Below are positions 1 through 13,039 of a DNA stretch of 64,000 nt, one piece after another. The first letter of the stretch is position 1. Every line of letters starts with the position of its first letter. Position numbers and translations under genes: made by a program. The stretch spans positions 349,680,001 through 349,744,000 of the forward strand of contig NC_067398.1 of assembly GCF_016432865.1 (NCBI RefSeq), in the 5' to 3' direction. Under the pieces are notes generated by a model. It had not been told where the DNA came from and did not search any database. It saw only the letters and a list, made by a program, of their open reading frames with translations. Source of the DNA: Antechinus flavipes (lineage: Eukaryota).

Positions 1-180
1 TTTAGTGTTTACTACTATAAAAAGGAAGACTTAGGATCTCTCCACCTCCATAGGTAAAGAGTAGGTATTTGGAGAAATGACAAAGGAAAAACTTTTCTCA
101 ATAACACTAAAGAAAGTTAGATTGAGACTATGAAGAAGGTTATTAAAATCATTACCAAACCAGGGCTCTCATATCATGAT

Positions 181-604
181 TAGAGGATCACAGAAATTGT
201 TGTAAAGGCCCAGAGACTAGCCAGTCCAACCTGTAACTGACTTAGAATTCCTTTTCTAATATTACTAAGAAGTGGTCACCTAGCTTCTGCTTGAAGATCT
301 CTGATGAAGGAGAAATCACTAATAAGGGAAATCATTGCCTCCCAACATAGCTTATTCCAGCTATTGATTATTAAGGATTCCCTCCCCCCAAAATCGGCCC
401 CTCTGTAACTTCAACTCGTTACTCCACTTCTACCCTTTCAAGTCAAGTAGAACACCTCTAAACCCTCTGCATGTGATAGCTATCATGTCTCAATTAAACT
501 TTTTTTTTTCAGGCCAAATACCCATTTAATCTACCATTAACTTTTCCTAATATAATATGTTCTCTAGTCCTGTCATTACTTTGGTCACCCTCTTCTGAGC
601 AAAC
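181..604 (-). mobile_element. CR1/L3 LINE 3' fragment, old and degraded
   Basis: Text such as 'aagaagtggtcacctagcttctgcttgaagatctctgatgaaggagaaatcact' and 'ctttggtcaccctcttctg' resembles the antisense CR1/L3 3' region as I recall it. Boundaries approximate. Confidence 0.55.
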
Positions 605-699
605 TACAGAGAAGAGAACAATGGGATTATTACCTCCTTCTCCTGAAACTTTTTTCTGCACTAGCTTGTTTTAAATGCCATATCAAAGGGTTGACTCGT

Positions 700-900
700 C
701 CATTGGTGAAATGGATAGAGAACTGAATTTGAAGGCAAGAAAAACTGAATTCAAATATGTATTAGTTACTTAAACACTGCCTGACTCAATTTCCTCATCA
801 AGAAAATGGGGACAACAACCTTTGCATTATCTCTCCCTCATAGAATGCTATATATATAGTGCTCATTAACTGTAAAGAACTATGTAAATGTGAGAACATT
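700..900 (+). mobile_element. MIR/CORE-SINE
   Basis: tRNA-like head 'gtgaaatggatagagaactgaatttgaaggcaagaaaaactgaattcaaat' followed by core 'ctcaatttcctcatcaagaaaatgggg'. Confidence 0.65.
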
Positions 901-1084
901 ATTTCATGCCTTTAATCTTTATGTTCTTTAGAGATCAGATAGAAATCTTTCTGGGACTCTTTTCTACCTTCCATTATTATTCTGTTATGCATAGTAAACT
1001 TTTTTTTAAGTGGATAAAATGATTCATTTTTTTTAATTCAGTAAAAGTACTGCTAGGCATGTTTCTCTAAGCTCATTGAAAAAT

Positions 1085-2070
1085 GCCAGTTTATAATCCA
1101 ACCATTCTAAAGAGCAATTTGGAACTATATTCAAAGAGTTATCAAACTCTGCATACCCTTTGATACAGCGATGTCTCTACTGTATCCTAAAGAGATCATA
1201 AAAAAGAGAAAAGGACCTACATGTGCAAAAATGAATATTATTGTTCTATAAGAAATGATCAGCAGGTTGATTTCAGAAAGGCCTGGAGAGATTTACATGA
1301 ACTGATGCTAAATGAAATGAGTAGAACCAAGAGAACATTGTACACAACAAGATTATAGGATGATCAATTCTGATGTACGTGGCTCTTTTCAACAATGAGA
1401 TGATTCAGGCCAATTCCAATAAATTTGTGATGGAGAGAGCCCTCTATATCCAGAGAAAGGGGATTGAGTGTGGATCACAACATAGTATTTTCACCTTTGT
1501 TGTTGTTGTTGGCTTGTTTTTTTTTTTCCTTTCTCATTCTTCCTCTTTTTAATCTGATTTTTCTTATGCAGCATGATAAATATGGAAATATGTTTAGAAG
1601 AATTGCACATGTTTAACCTATATTAGATTATTTGCTGTCTAGGGGAAGATATAGGGGGAAGAGAGGGAAAAAATTGGAACATAAGATTTTTCTTTTTTAT
1701 TAAAGCTTTTTTATTTACAAAGCATATTTATGGGTAATTTTTCCAACATTGACATGCATAACATTTTGTTGCAAATTTTCCCCTTCCTCTCCCAACTCCC
1801 TTCTCTATCTGGCAGGTAGTCCAATACATGTTAAATATGTTGAAATACATGTTTGATCCAATATGTGTATACATATTTGTACAGTTATCTTGCTGCACAA
1901 GAAAAATCAGATCAAGAAGAAAGAAAAAGAAAAACTGAGGGAAAAAATGCAAACAAATAACAACAGAGAGTGAGAAGGCTATGTTGGAACACAAGATTTT
2001 TCAAGAGTGAATGTTGAAAACTATCTTTACTTGTATTTTGAAAATAAAAAGCTCTTATTATATTAAAAAA
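1085..2070 (+). mobile_element. L1 3' fragment (ORF2 C-terminus plus 3'UTR), interrupted by a nested L1 at 1693-1983
   Basis: 'atccaaccattctaaagagcaatttggaactat...tgcataccctttgat...cctaaagagatcataaaaaagagaaaaggacctacatgtgcaaaaatg' matches the sense version of the L1 ORF2 end seen at 3033-3644. The 3'UTR resumes at 1984 and ends in an A-rich tail. Confidence 0.85.
1693..1983 (-). mobile_element. 5'-truncated L1 3'UTR nested antisense in an older L1
   Basis: T-rich antisense tail at 1693. 19-bp TSD ttggaaca(t/c)aagatttttc at 1674-1692 and 1984-2002, one mismatch. Confidence 0.85.
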
Positions 2071-2243
2071 GTCCCAGTTTACACTTCAATGGCCTTGGAA
2101 CATTTCACAGAGAGTTTTATGGAGAAGGGAATGGAATCAGTGTGAGGAAAGCTTCCTTACCTATTAGATGAGTGTGGCATTAAGGTGATGGTGGTATTGC
2201 AGAATTCTTTGTGTCTCACAGAGATCATAGAGAAAACAAATTA

Positions 2244-2447
2244 TCTTCTTTCTTTCTTTTTTCTTCTTTCTTTTTTTTTTTTTGGGGGGGGGGGGTTGAG
2301 GCAAACAGGGTTAAGTGACTTGCCCAGAGTCACATAGCTAGTAAGAGTCCAAAGTCTGAAGCAGCCAAAGTCTGCAAGTGAAGTTTTTGAACTAGCTCCT
2401 CCTGACTCTGGGGCTGGTGCTGATCCACTGTGCCATCTAGCTGCCCT
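2244..2447 (-). mobile_element. Marsupial CORE-SINE (WSINE1/SINE1-like) with T/CT-rich tail
   Basis: 'gaggcaaacagggttaagtgacttgcccagagtcacatagctagtaag...cctgactctggggctggtgctgatccactgtgccatctagctgccc'. Exact 10-bp TSD aaacaaatta at 2234-2243 and 2451-2460. Confidence 0.85.
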
Positions 2448-2499
2448 AAGAAACAAATTAGGGGAATAATGAAACAAGAGGCATGAGGGAGGAAAGGGC

Positions 2500-4045
2500 A
2501 ACTATGGATTAGAAATTCAAATCTGATGACACTTCCCTCTAATTATCCAGAACTCAGTTTCTTCATCTGTGAAAAAGTAAAAACACCAGCATTGCCAGAT
2601 GGGAACTTGGACTAGATGCTTTCTCAGATACTTTCTTTTTTTTTTTTTTTTAATTTTATTTTATTTAATAATAACTTTGTATTGACAGAATCCATGCCAG
2701 GATAATTTTTACACAGCATTATCCCTTGCAATCACTTATGTTTCGTTTTTTCCCCTCCCTCCCTCCTCCCCCCCCAAGATGGCAAGCAGTCCTATATATG
2801 TTAAATATGTTGCAGTATATCTTAGATACAATACATATTTGCAGAACCGAACAGTTCTCCCGCTGCACAGGGAGAATTGGATTCAGAAGGTAAAAATAAC
2901 TCAGGAAGAAAATCAAAAATCAAATAGTTCACATTCATTTCCCAGTATTCCTTCTTTGGGTGTAGCTGTTTCTGTCCATCATTTATCCAATGAAACTCAG
3001 TTAAGTCTCTTTGTCAGAGAAATCCACTTCCATCAGAATACATCCTCATACAATATCGTTGTCGAAGTGTATAATGATCTCCTGGTTCTGCTCCTCTCAC
3101 TTAGCATCTGTCCATGTAGGTCTCTCCAAGCCTCTCTGTATTCATCCTGCTGGTCATTCCTTACAGAGCAATAATATTCCATAACATTCATATACCACAA
3201 TTTACCCAGCCATTCTCCAATTGATGGGCATCCATTCATTTTCCAGTTTCTAGCCACTACAAACAGGGCTGCTACAAACATTTTGGCACATACAGGTCCC
3301 TTTCCCTTTTTTAGTATCTCTTTGGGGTATAAGCCCAATAGAAACACTGCTGGATCAAAGGGTATGCACAGTTTGATAACTTTTTGGGCATAATTCCAGA
3401 TTGCTCTCCAGAATGGCTGGATTCGTTCACAACTCCACCAACAATGCATCAGTGTCCCCGTTTTCCCGCATCCCCTCCAACATTCATCATTATTTTTTCC
3501 TGTCATCTTAGCCAATCTGACAGGTGTGTAGTGATATCTCAGAGTTGTCTTAATTTGCATTTCTCTGATCAATAGTGATTTGGAACACTCTTTCATATGA
3601 GTGGTAATAGTTTCAATTTCATCATCTGAAAATTGTCTGTTCATATCCTTTGACCATTTATCAATTGGAGAATGGCTTGATTTTTTATAAATTTGAGTCA
3701 GTTCTCTATATATTTTGGAAATGAGGCCTTTATCAGAACCTTAATTGTAAAGATGTTTTCCCCGTTTGTTGCTTCCCTACTAATCTTGTTTGCATTCGTT
3801 CTGTTTGTACAAAGGCTTTTTAATTTGATATAATCAAAATTTTCTATTTTGTGATCGGTAATGGTCTCTAGTTCATCTTTGGTCACAAATTTCTTTCTCC
3901 TCCACAAGTCTGAGAGATAAACTGTCCTATGTTCCTCTAATTTATTCATAATCTCGTTCTTTATGCCTAGGTCATGGACCCATTTTGATCTTATCTTGGT
4001 ATCTCAGATACTTTCTAACTCTAATGTTCCAAGAATCCATAAGTT
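2500..4045 (+). mobile_element. MIR split by the L1 at 2637-4001 (pieces ~2500-2636 and 4002-4045)
   Basis: Core 'ctcagtttcttcatctgtgaaaaa' at ~2552. The 3' end 'ggactagatgctttctcagatactttct|aactctaatgttcc' is rejoined when the L1 and one TSD copy are removed. Confidence 0.7.
2637..4001 (-). mobile_element. Young 5'-truncated L1 (~1365 bp): ORF2 C-terminus with CCHC knuckle, 3'UTR and poly(A)
   Basis: ORF 3033-3644 has canonical L1 ORF2 C-terminal text (MQIKTTLRYHYTPVRLA, CWRGCGKTGTLMHCWWSC, CPSIGEWLGKLWYMNVMEYY). ORF 3698-3949 continues it upstream in another frame. Poly-T at 2637. Perfect 15-bp TSD tctcagatactttct at 2622-2636 and 4002-4016. Confidence 0.95.
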
Positions 4046-4759
4046 AAAAAAAGATTTTAAAAGCACAAGCTTTCCAAGATGAGAGAAACTGATGTGGCTT
4101 TGTTCCAAGTGCGATGCTAGATGGCAGACAATACTGATGGAAACAAACGCTAGTCTATGAATGTGAATGTCTAGGACTGAGAAGAAGAAAGTATTAGTGA
4201 AGAAGGACCTGACATTTAGAGAAGAGTTGGATTGAACATGGCTGAACTATGTAAGATAGAGCTGTTTGTTTGTCTGATGTGCTATCCATCAGTGTTTCTA
4301 GGGTCAGTCACAGAAAGCATTACTGAGATCACCCTAGACTAATCAGAAAAGCCAAGTATTTTGTTCTCACATCAATAGTACCTGACACAGTTCTTGAAAT
4401 AGCTTTGTCAAGGCAGGTATCTTAGTGGAACTGAAACTTGAGTAAGGATATGGTTGGTGACTGACCTACAAATATAATATTTGTGATTCGAATCATCAGT
4501 TAACACAAGTATTTGGTTCCTATTCTTCTAAGATCCTTCCTAGAAAGAGCCCAACTTATAATTACACTGCAAGTGAATTGACCTGGAACATTTGATAGAA
4601 AGGAATGAAATCAGTACAAGGAAAGGTTCCTTTCCACTTAGTTTGATTATGGCATTGAATTGAGCGCAGATCTTCTTTATGTCCTACAGAGACCATGGGG
4701 GAATCAATTAGAGGAATATTAAGACAAGAAGATGAATGGAGGGCATGAATGTGAGAGAG

Positions 4760-5000
4760 GCAACTGTGGTGTAAAGGGAAAAAACAATAGATTTGGGATC
4801 AAAAGAACTGGGCTAAAAATCCAAATCTGACAATACTTCCCTTGGAAATATCACTTCAGTTATCTGGAATTCAGTTTCTTCAACTGTAAAATGGTGACAA
4901 TACCTGCTCTTTCACAAGGTTGTTTTGAAAGTCAAAAGAAGGAATATATGCAAAGTCTAAAAATTATAGCATAAGGTTTTTAAAAGTATTTATTATCATT
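4760..5000 (+). mobile_element. MIR
   Basis: 'tggtgtaaagggaaaaaacaatagatttgggatcaaaagaactggg...ttcagtttcttcaactgtaaaatggtgacaata'. Confidence 0.6.
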
Positions 5001-5264
5001 ACCATTAATGAATTGAGCTCTGAATTCAAAGACAGAAATGGATGAGAAAAATAACCAAAATTGATTTTTTATTTCATTCATTCATTTGCTTATTCATTCT
5101 TTTTGAGAGTCATAGAATCTTACATTTGGAAGGGACTTCAGAGTTCCTATTCTTACTCTTTCATTCACGTCCTACACCATTCCATCCACAGCTCTCTTTT
5201 CTAACTTACTGTTTCATTGCGTTCTCAATTGAGTGTTTAATTTCTTCCATTGGGAGTTAAAATT

Positions 5265-5700
5265 ATATCTTGTTACATTGTGTGATGACCAATTGTGATG
5301 GACTTGGCTCTTTTCAACAATGAGATGATTCAAGGCAATTTCAATACATTTGTGATAGAAAGAACCACCCACATTCAGAGAAAGAACTATGGAAACTTAA
5401 TGTGGATCAAAGCATAGTATTTTCACTTCTGTTGTTGTTAGTTTACTTGTTTTTTTCTCTTTTTTTTCTTCACTTTTTGATCTGATTTTTCTTGTGTAAC
5501 ATGATGAATATGGTAATATGTTTAGAAGAATTATACATGTTTAACCTATATTGAATTGCTTGCTCTCTATGGAAGGGGGTGGGAGAAGGGAGGGAGAAAA
5601 ATTTGAAACACAAGGTTTTGCAAAGGTGAATGTTCAAAACTATCTTTATATGTATTAAGAAAAATAAAAACCTATAAAAAAGGAAAAAATGGGAAAAAGA
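5265..5700 (+). mobile_element. L1 3'UTR fragment
   Basis: Co-linear with 1365-1690 ('ggctcttttcaacaatgagatgattca', 'catagtattttcac', 'tgtttagaagaatt..acatgtttaacctatatt') and ends in an A-rich tail. Confidence 0.85.
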
Positions 5701-7334
5701 ACATCTTGGTTGTAGTCATCTAATCACCCCAACCTTTTAGTGAGTATAGTTAGTTTATAAGCATTTGGTATTAAGGGGAAATAGCAAGAAATAAGATTGC
5801 AAAGGGGAATTTGGAAATCATATACAAACCATTCCAAAGATAAGAGGATAATTTATAAATTGTATCATATATTAACCAAAATTCACAGGCTGGTAATATT
5901 TGATGAATCAACAAAAGCTATCTAAACATTATTATCAAGGTTTCTGGCCCTATATGTAAATTCCAGACAAATTCCAGGCCTCCAATATTTCGGCCTAGTA
6001 GAATATTAAAAAGATCTAACTTTGGGATAATGACGGTTTTAAATTTTACCAATAACTTTGAGATGATTTGGATATATTAATGAACTAACTTCAAGGTGAC
6101 ACAGAAATTAATCTTCTTCCCTCTTCCCCCCAAAAAAAACTATAAAATTGAAACCTCAAATAGCTGTCTCACAGGCCCTCTCCTATGTCCATTGGGTCCA
6201 TGATGCTGAGTGCTCCCAACTCTAATTTATGGTTACATAGGTGAATGATATGCTCTACTATTCCTCCTTCCCATCACTTACTCTGCCTGCTTTCCTTCCT
6301 ATTCTCTGTGCCTAGGTCACCATCAATCGCTGTACCGTTTGTCACCACTTGTCTACTTTTATGGGATTCTTGCCTCCATACCTTCTATATTTAAAATGTT
6401 ATTGCTACCCCATTTTCCTCTACCACTCATGGTCTTTCCCAAAGAATTCCCAGAGAATTGGGTGTACCCACCTTTATTTTCATAATGTCATAAATTATCA
6501 ATTCACTTTTCTTTCCTTTTTTTCTCACTTACTACTCCAATAGTGACACTAAGCCATCTTAGACTTTAGCTTCTAGATGGTCATGACAGCAAAACTCCTT
6601 TCCTAAATGGGATCCCAAGTCTCTGTGCACACAAAGTACTGGAAAAGGGTATAATGGGCACCCTGTTTCATCTTTAAGAACTAACTACCTATATTATATG
6701 TAGAATATAAGATAGGGGGTTAGATATGAATGTTCTATATATAAGTATGTCTAGTAACATTATTATAATGTATTATATTTTTAGAAAAAATTTTTCTTTT
6801 TACAAAAAAAATTAATACTGAGATAGTATATAAATTGAAAATTAAAAAAAAAAGAAAAAAATTTGGGTGTGACTCATATCAAATCATCTTTGGACAAAGT
6901 TTCTTGTCAGTGAAGAAAGTATAATGCAGCCTTCGGGGACCTATTACTTTATTCTTTTTCTTTTTTTTTTTAAACCTCTAAAAATCCTCCTTATTGAAAC
7001 AGTTAAAAATAAATATTCAAGGATTAAATGGATAATTCTAAGAGGGTAGAACATAACCTAGACCAAGTTTGAATCCTTTCTCCTTAATCTGATTGATATC
7101 AACTCCAGCTTACTGCCATACACCACAATTTCTCTGAGATCGAAGTCATGTATTTCTTGACTTGTATTCTATGGAAATTCTCAATAGAAGTTGTTAAATT
7201 GATTTAACACATAATTAATGTGGTAAATTACCATCAAACTCATGTCTATACTAACTATAAAACACAGAGTGAATGAGTGGAAATCACATAGTACCTACCA
7301 CTCTCTCAAGTGGTATTTCTCTTAAGACTTAGAA

Positions 7335-8460
7335 ACTGGGGTAAGTTAAGCTTTATAAAAGTTTTATGGTATCTTTTGGTTTTACCTTACAATAATTTTT
7401 AAAAACACATTTTCCCCAACACTCTCCATAATAAAGAAAAAAAATTAAACAAAACCAATCCACACAGTGACCATATCAGACAGCAGAAGCAATATTTCAC
7501 AACTATGTTCTCCTATGTCTCCAAGAAAAGGAAAAAAGGTATATTTTATCACTTCTTCAGAGTGAAGTTTGGTCCTTATAATTACATATTGTTTAACTGT
7601 GTTTTATTGTTCTTTTCATTTATGTTGCTATGGTCACTGTGAATGTTATTTTACTAGTCTATTTAGCTTCACTCTGTATCAGCTTATGTAAATCTTTTTA
7701 TGCTTCTTAGTATTCTCCATGTTCCTCACTTTTTATGATATAATATTTTGTTACATTCACATGTTATAATTTGTTTAACCATTCCTTAATCAGTGAACAT
7801 CTTTGTGGTTTTTAATTCTTTGCTACCACAAAAAAAGTCATTTTATGAATATTTTTGGTACACAGTAGGACTTTTCCCTATTTTTTAACCTCCTTGGTTT
7901 TGCAGAGCAATGAAAGCTCTGGGTTAAAAGGTATGAAAAGTTTAGTTGCTGTTTCCACATAATTTCAAATTGTTTTCCAAATTTTTGGACAATTCCACCA
8001 ACAGAGTATTAAACCCTGCATCCTTCAACATTAACTATTTCCATATTTTGTCTTTTTGCTAATTTGCTCAGTGTAAGATGAAATCTCAGAATTATTTTTA
8101 TTCTTTTTAAAAATTATTTATAATTCATGGAATAAATATTTCCATAATGTGATATAACCAAAAAAGATGATTGTATATGAAAATGCATATCTATTATGAA
8201 AACTTGTTGTTTTTTAAAAATATGTAATAAAGTTATAATGTAATGTTTTCTCTTTTTTCCCCTTTTCTGCTCTAGACATGGCTACCATTAGATACAAATG
8301 TATCACAAACATACATGCATTCATATATGTATATAGTTATCATTAGACACAAAGGTGTCTGTGTGTGTGTGTATAAAATCATTCTATACATTTTTTTATT
8401 TTTAATTATGATCTGGAACAATCTTCTAATGGTTGTTAATAGTTTGCAATTCTTCATTTA
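7335..8460 (-). mobile_element. Older L1 3' region fragments, probably two pieces with a junction near 8095
   Basis: Antisense ORF2-end text ('ttctttgctaccacaaaaaaag', 'gggttaaaaggtatgaaaag', 'aattccaccaacagagtatt', 'tgtaagatgaaatctcagaattattttta'). The piece at 8096-8410 resembles 62600-62900. Confidence 0.7.
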
Positions 8461-8769
8461 AGAATTCATGTTCTTTGGCCACCTTATATTTCCTCAGCCA
8501 CTGGGGCCTCAGAATTATAAGAGATCCTAATCCTTGGGGTATTACATGTACTGAGATTCTGCACTATCTCTCTACTCAGTCATTATAAGAAACTAGAAAG
8601 TGATTGCTCTCCATATATCAATGCTACAATAATCATCAAATGATACAAATATTCTCCCCATTTCCTTTTTCCTCTTGTTCTCATTCTTCTTGATTTCATC
8701 CCTTTTCCCATCCAAAGTCAATGTCATATGAAAAGTAAGGGATGAAAATACAGATGTGAGAAAGTCTCT

Positions 8770-9075
8770 GCCCTCAAAGAACTTATTTTACTAAGCAGAT
8801 TCTTGCATAATTAATACCCATATTTGGAAGCCATTCATTTCTCAATACTGTCTCATAAACTACAAGCTCTCTCCATAAGAGCCCTATGATGCCTTTCCTG
8901 ATCTCTTTCCTTCACCCCTTCCCCATAGTTATTCCCATTCTTTATCTCTTGAAATTACTCTACATTTGCTCATTAGAGTGTAAGCTTCTTGATGGCAGTG
9001 AGTTTTTATTTGTTTCTGTATCCCCTGCATTTAACACAGAGTCTGGCACAGAATAGGCATGCAATAAATATATTT
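8770..9075 (+). mobile_element. L2 3' end
   Basis: 'ttagagtgtaagcttcttgatggcagtgagtttttatttgtttctgtatcccctgcatttaacacagagtctggcacagaataggcatgcaataaata' is a typical L2 terminus. Confidence 0.75.
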
Positions 9076-10104
9076 ACCTCCCTGAATACATGTGATATCT
9101 TTTAAATTGAATACTTCAAGTCCTTTGAAAGCAAGGTGTCTAGCCCTGACCCTTATATACAATTGGAGCTTGATGAATGTTTATCAAATGGAATTTAATT
9201 CACAGAACATGGCAGAAATGCTTATCTGAAACAAACCTTACCTAGATAGATGGACCCCTAGCTGGCAATCCTCCCTCTTTCAGTACAAGCTTAACTAGGC
9301 TTCAAATTTCAGATAAAACAGATTTGCTGCTGAAGCAAATTTTTTTCCATTTATTCCACCCACCCACTCACCATCTCCTTTGTTCTTTTCTACCTGTGCT
9401 GCCCATCTTAACCTATTTAATGAAAGCAATTACTGAAAAGCCCTTTTACAGTTGTTAAGACAGGTTAATGATTGTCCTGCCACAATATGAAAGCATTCCA
9501 TAAGAAAAGTGGAAAGGATAAAAATGTAAAATGATCAATTTTTTTCCATTTTCCCATTCACTCATTTGTTCATTTATTCACCCATTCTTAGCTCAGTCTT
9601 CTAGCTGAGCACTTAGTTCATATGTGTAAAGAGTCTTTCCATTCCCCTTGTTCAAAATATATTAATACAAGAAGGAGAAATTTGGAAAGAAAATGAGTGT
9701 AAGTGAACAATGAGACTATAAATCATTAAAAAATATATAGGAAAAGAAAAATGTTTTAAAAACCAGGAAAACTAAGGGAAATGGAATGGAAGAAGAAAGC
9801 TAGGATACATAAAATGAGAAACAGAAATGAATTATAGAACAAACAAGAGAGTAAGAAAATAGGGGGAAAGATATAGATACTTAAGAGAATAAGAAATATA
9901 TAGTGATGGGAATCTGAAAATTAAGTTGAGAATGATGAGATACCTTGTGAGTATATTTGAGATTGTTCCCTATATCAGAACTGAGATTCCTTAGCAGCAC
10001 CTCTCCAATTCCATTGTCACAAAATCATACCTAGAAATCTGGGAACTTGTATTATGTTTAACAACATATCTATTTATAAAGGGAATTCAGATACTAGTAG
10101 TGTC

Positions 10105-10500
10105 GATCAATAAATATTTATTAAGCAAATGAAGTCAAAAACATTTATTAAACACGTCTGACACTCTGCTAAAGTGAAAATGTTAGAAAAAGGTATTCAG
10201 CTCACGATCTAATGGAAAAGACCATGCAAAGAACTATTTATAAACAAGACATACACAGGATAACTTATATATAATCTCAGAGGGAAAGTGATAATAATAA
10301 GGAAAACCAGAAGGTAGGATTTTTCTTGATTCTTGAAGGAAGGCAGTGAAGTTAGTGGAAATGAGAAGGGAGAGAATTCTAAGAATGTTGAATTGACAGG
10401 GAAAGTATTTAGAGTCAGAAGATGGAGTGTTCTATGATCAATGCATCATAGAAGACATGGAGGGAAGTCAAGTCAAGAAAGATAGCAAGGGTCTGGAGTC
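10105..10500 (-). mobile_element. L2 3' fragment
   Basis: 'gatcaataaatatttattaagc...acatttattaaacacgtctgacactctgctaaag', followed by purine-rich antisense L2 text. Confidence 0.6.
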
Positions 10501-10539
10501 TTATGAAGATAAAGTTGGCCTTTACTGTGAGAAACTTCT

Positions 10540-10700
10540 AGTAAGGAAAATGTTTCCTGCCTCTGTGGATCAGCTACTATTCTGAAATTTATAGTCTTAG
10601 AGATTTACCTGAAAGATTGAGAGTTTAAGGAATTTGCCACCATCACAGAGGCAGTATGTTCAGAAGAAGGTTTCTTTAAATGTATCTTTCTAACTATAAG
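10540..10700. mobile_element. Marsupial SINE fragment (Mar3/MdoRep-like); related copies at ~12130-12270, ~25010-25190 and ~62420-62530
   Basis: Shared motif 'gaaatttatagtcttagaga...gagag(g/t)ttaag' recurs at these sites. Family name from memory only. Confidence 0.45.
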
Positions 10701-11220
10701 TTGCTCTTTTTGGTGATTTATAGTTGCAAGGTACCTCAAAACTCATCTAGCCCGACAATCTCAATTTTATAGGAGAAAGGAAATAAGTATTTCTCTAGGA
10801 GTTACTATGTGCCAGTTACTTTCTACAAATATTATCTCAGTTTTAAGTGAAGAACGTCCAAAGAAGAGTTATAAGTTCAACTTTTGACACACATATTTCT
10901 TATTTATGGGCTGCTGTGTTATCATAGTCTAAGTTTAAGCTTACTCATCTGCTGTGTGTATTTATGGAAAGGACTGAAGGAAATTTTTAGGAGAACATTT
11001 TGTATTAACTGTCTTCACCATGTTATCTGAGTAAAAATGTTTGGTAAAAATGAATTGAGACCATTGGATGACTGTCAATGAGTCAATGACTGCATTTGGC
11101 AGTTGGAACCCATAGTAGCAGAAGCACAGCTTCTGGAAGTCATTTCTAGTACCCTGGCAGTATAGTAGCTTCCCTCTGGTGACCCAACCTGCCAATTTAA
11201 GCAGAAGTTTGGGGATGCTA

Positions 11221-11291
11221 TTTCTTCTCTTCCTTCTCCTTTTCCTTTTCCTCTTCCTCTTCTTCCTCCTCCTCCTGTTTCTTCTCTTCAT
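11221..11291. repeat. Pyrimidine-rich low-complexity tract, (CTT/CCT)n-like
   Basis: Directly visible. It produces the R/K run in ORF 10962-11345. Confidence 0.9.
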
Positions 11292-11759
11292 CTTGCCCCT
11301 GAACTTTGATGACTGGAGGAGAGAATGAAACTGAAGACTTTGCACAGGTCAACCTTACTTAAATCAATTCAGGTACAAATCGGGATGTCACCTTATGATG
11401 TCATTGCTCCTTTGAGAACAATGGGTCATCAACAACAACTCCAAGTCGATGTCTCTCTAGTTACTATTCCAGTGTGCCTAAAATATGAAATCTTTACAAA
11501 AATAAATATGAGACAGTTCAGGAACTGGAGAAAAGCACTAGGTGTTAGGGGCGGGGCTCAGGAAAGGCCTCATGTAGAAAAAAAGATAGTATCTCCACTG
11601 TACTTGGAAGGAGGATAAGGGCTCCAAAGGACCAAGGAGAAGGGGGAGTGATTTTCAGGATTTGGGAGAATAGTCTCTGCAAACCACACAGAGGAGATTG
11701 AATGACATGCATGAGAAACAACCATTCAACCAGTTCTACTAGTTATATATAAAATGGAT

Positions 11760-11930
11760 GAAGAGAAGTCATTTGACCTATATATAGCTTGTTTGTGGAT
11801 ATTTGTTTGCATGTTGTCTCCCCCATTAGAATATCTGCTTCTTGAGGTCAGTGATTATCTTTTGCCTCTTTGTATTTCCACTCTTTGCATGGTATCTGGC
11901 ATATAGTAGGTATTTAATATAAATGTATTG
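11760..11930 (+). mobile_element. L2 3' end
   Basis: 'cccattagaatatctgcttcttgaggtcagtgattatcttttgcctctttgtatttcca...ctggcatatagtaggtatttaata'. Confidence 0.75.
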
Positions 11931-13039
11931 ATATTAAGTTTAGAAAAGTAGTGTGGATCCATATTGCTAAGTGTATTAATATTTATTTAGTATTTTCCCC
12001 AGTTACACTCAAAACAAGTTTTTTTTTTTTTTTACATTTCTTCTTAAAATCTTTGAGTTCTAGGTTCTTTGGGTTTTCTCCCTTATCCCACAATTAAGAA
12101 ACCACCTGTGAAATTATACAAAATAAGTGTGGAGAACTTCTAGAAAAAGGAAATTCTCATTGCTGATGCTGATGGCAAATATCGAATCAAATTCTCTCAG
12201 TTGTCTGGAGCACTCAGAGGTTAAGTGACTTGAGCCCAGATTTTCCTTGTTCTGAAGCCAGCCCTTTGTCTACTATATCACACAGCCTCTAAGTTCAATA
12301 AGGTAAAATAAGATAAAATTTGGATAGAAAATGAATTCATGCCATTTGTATTTGTTCTGTTTGAATTTATAGAGTCTTTTCCTCTTAAATATCTTTCTAC
12401 AGTTAGCATATGTAGCTCCCACATACCAGTATTGGTCTTGCCATGATTACACATGAACAATAAAATTTATACCATGGATATGTTCTGTGTGGAACAGAAA
12501 TAAGTACTCTTATCTCTCTCAGCTCCATCACAAAGAACTTGATCTTGAAAGCCAAAATGTTTAGTCCTGGTTCATTCTAAATAGCTAATTATATGACTTG
12601 GTGAGCCACTTCATTTCTCTGGTGAGAAAAGGAATGTGGAGTTAACCTGTATTCTGATCCTACTTCTGCCACTTATCCTCCGTGTGACTTTCCGTAAATC
12701 ATTTTACAGCTTCGGACCAGAGTCATAAGTGTACATAATGAATAGGTCAGATATGACAACACATTCTGGGAGAACATTCCCATTAGTCTTTGTCCTGAGG
12801 GGAAGAGGAAGAGGTAAAGGAAGAGCTCTTCCAGGCCGTACAAGTATATCTGGTCCACAATCTATATGCAGCTCTAATCTCAGTTTATTCATTTCTGAAC
12901 TAAGTTGGATTTGATGGTATCAAAATTTCCTTCTATCTCTAAATCCTGTTTACTTTCCTCATTTGTCCCTTTCTCAGTTTATCCTTCCTATTATAAAGCA
13001 CTTCTTACTCTCTTAAGACATAAAATGTTAGAGCCAAAG

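Noticed and set aside
3033-3644. 203-aa ORF as a host gene
   Set aside because: It is the canonical L1 ORF2 C-terminus inside a TSD-flanked, poly(A)-tailed L1.
10962-11345. Protamine- or NLS-like R/K-rich ORF
   Set aside because: The R/K run comes from a purine simple repeat, and the flanks show no recognisable homology.
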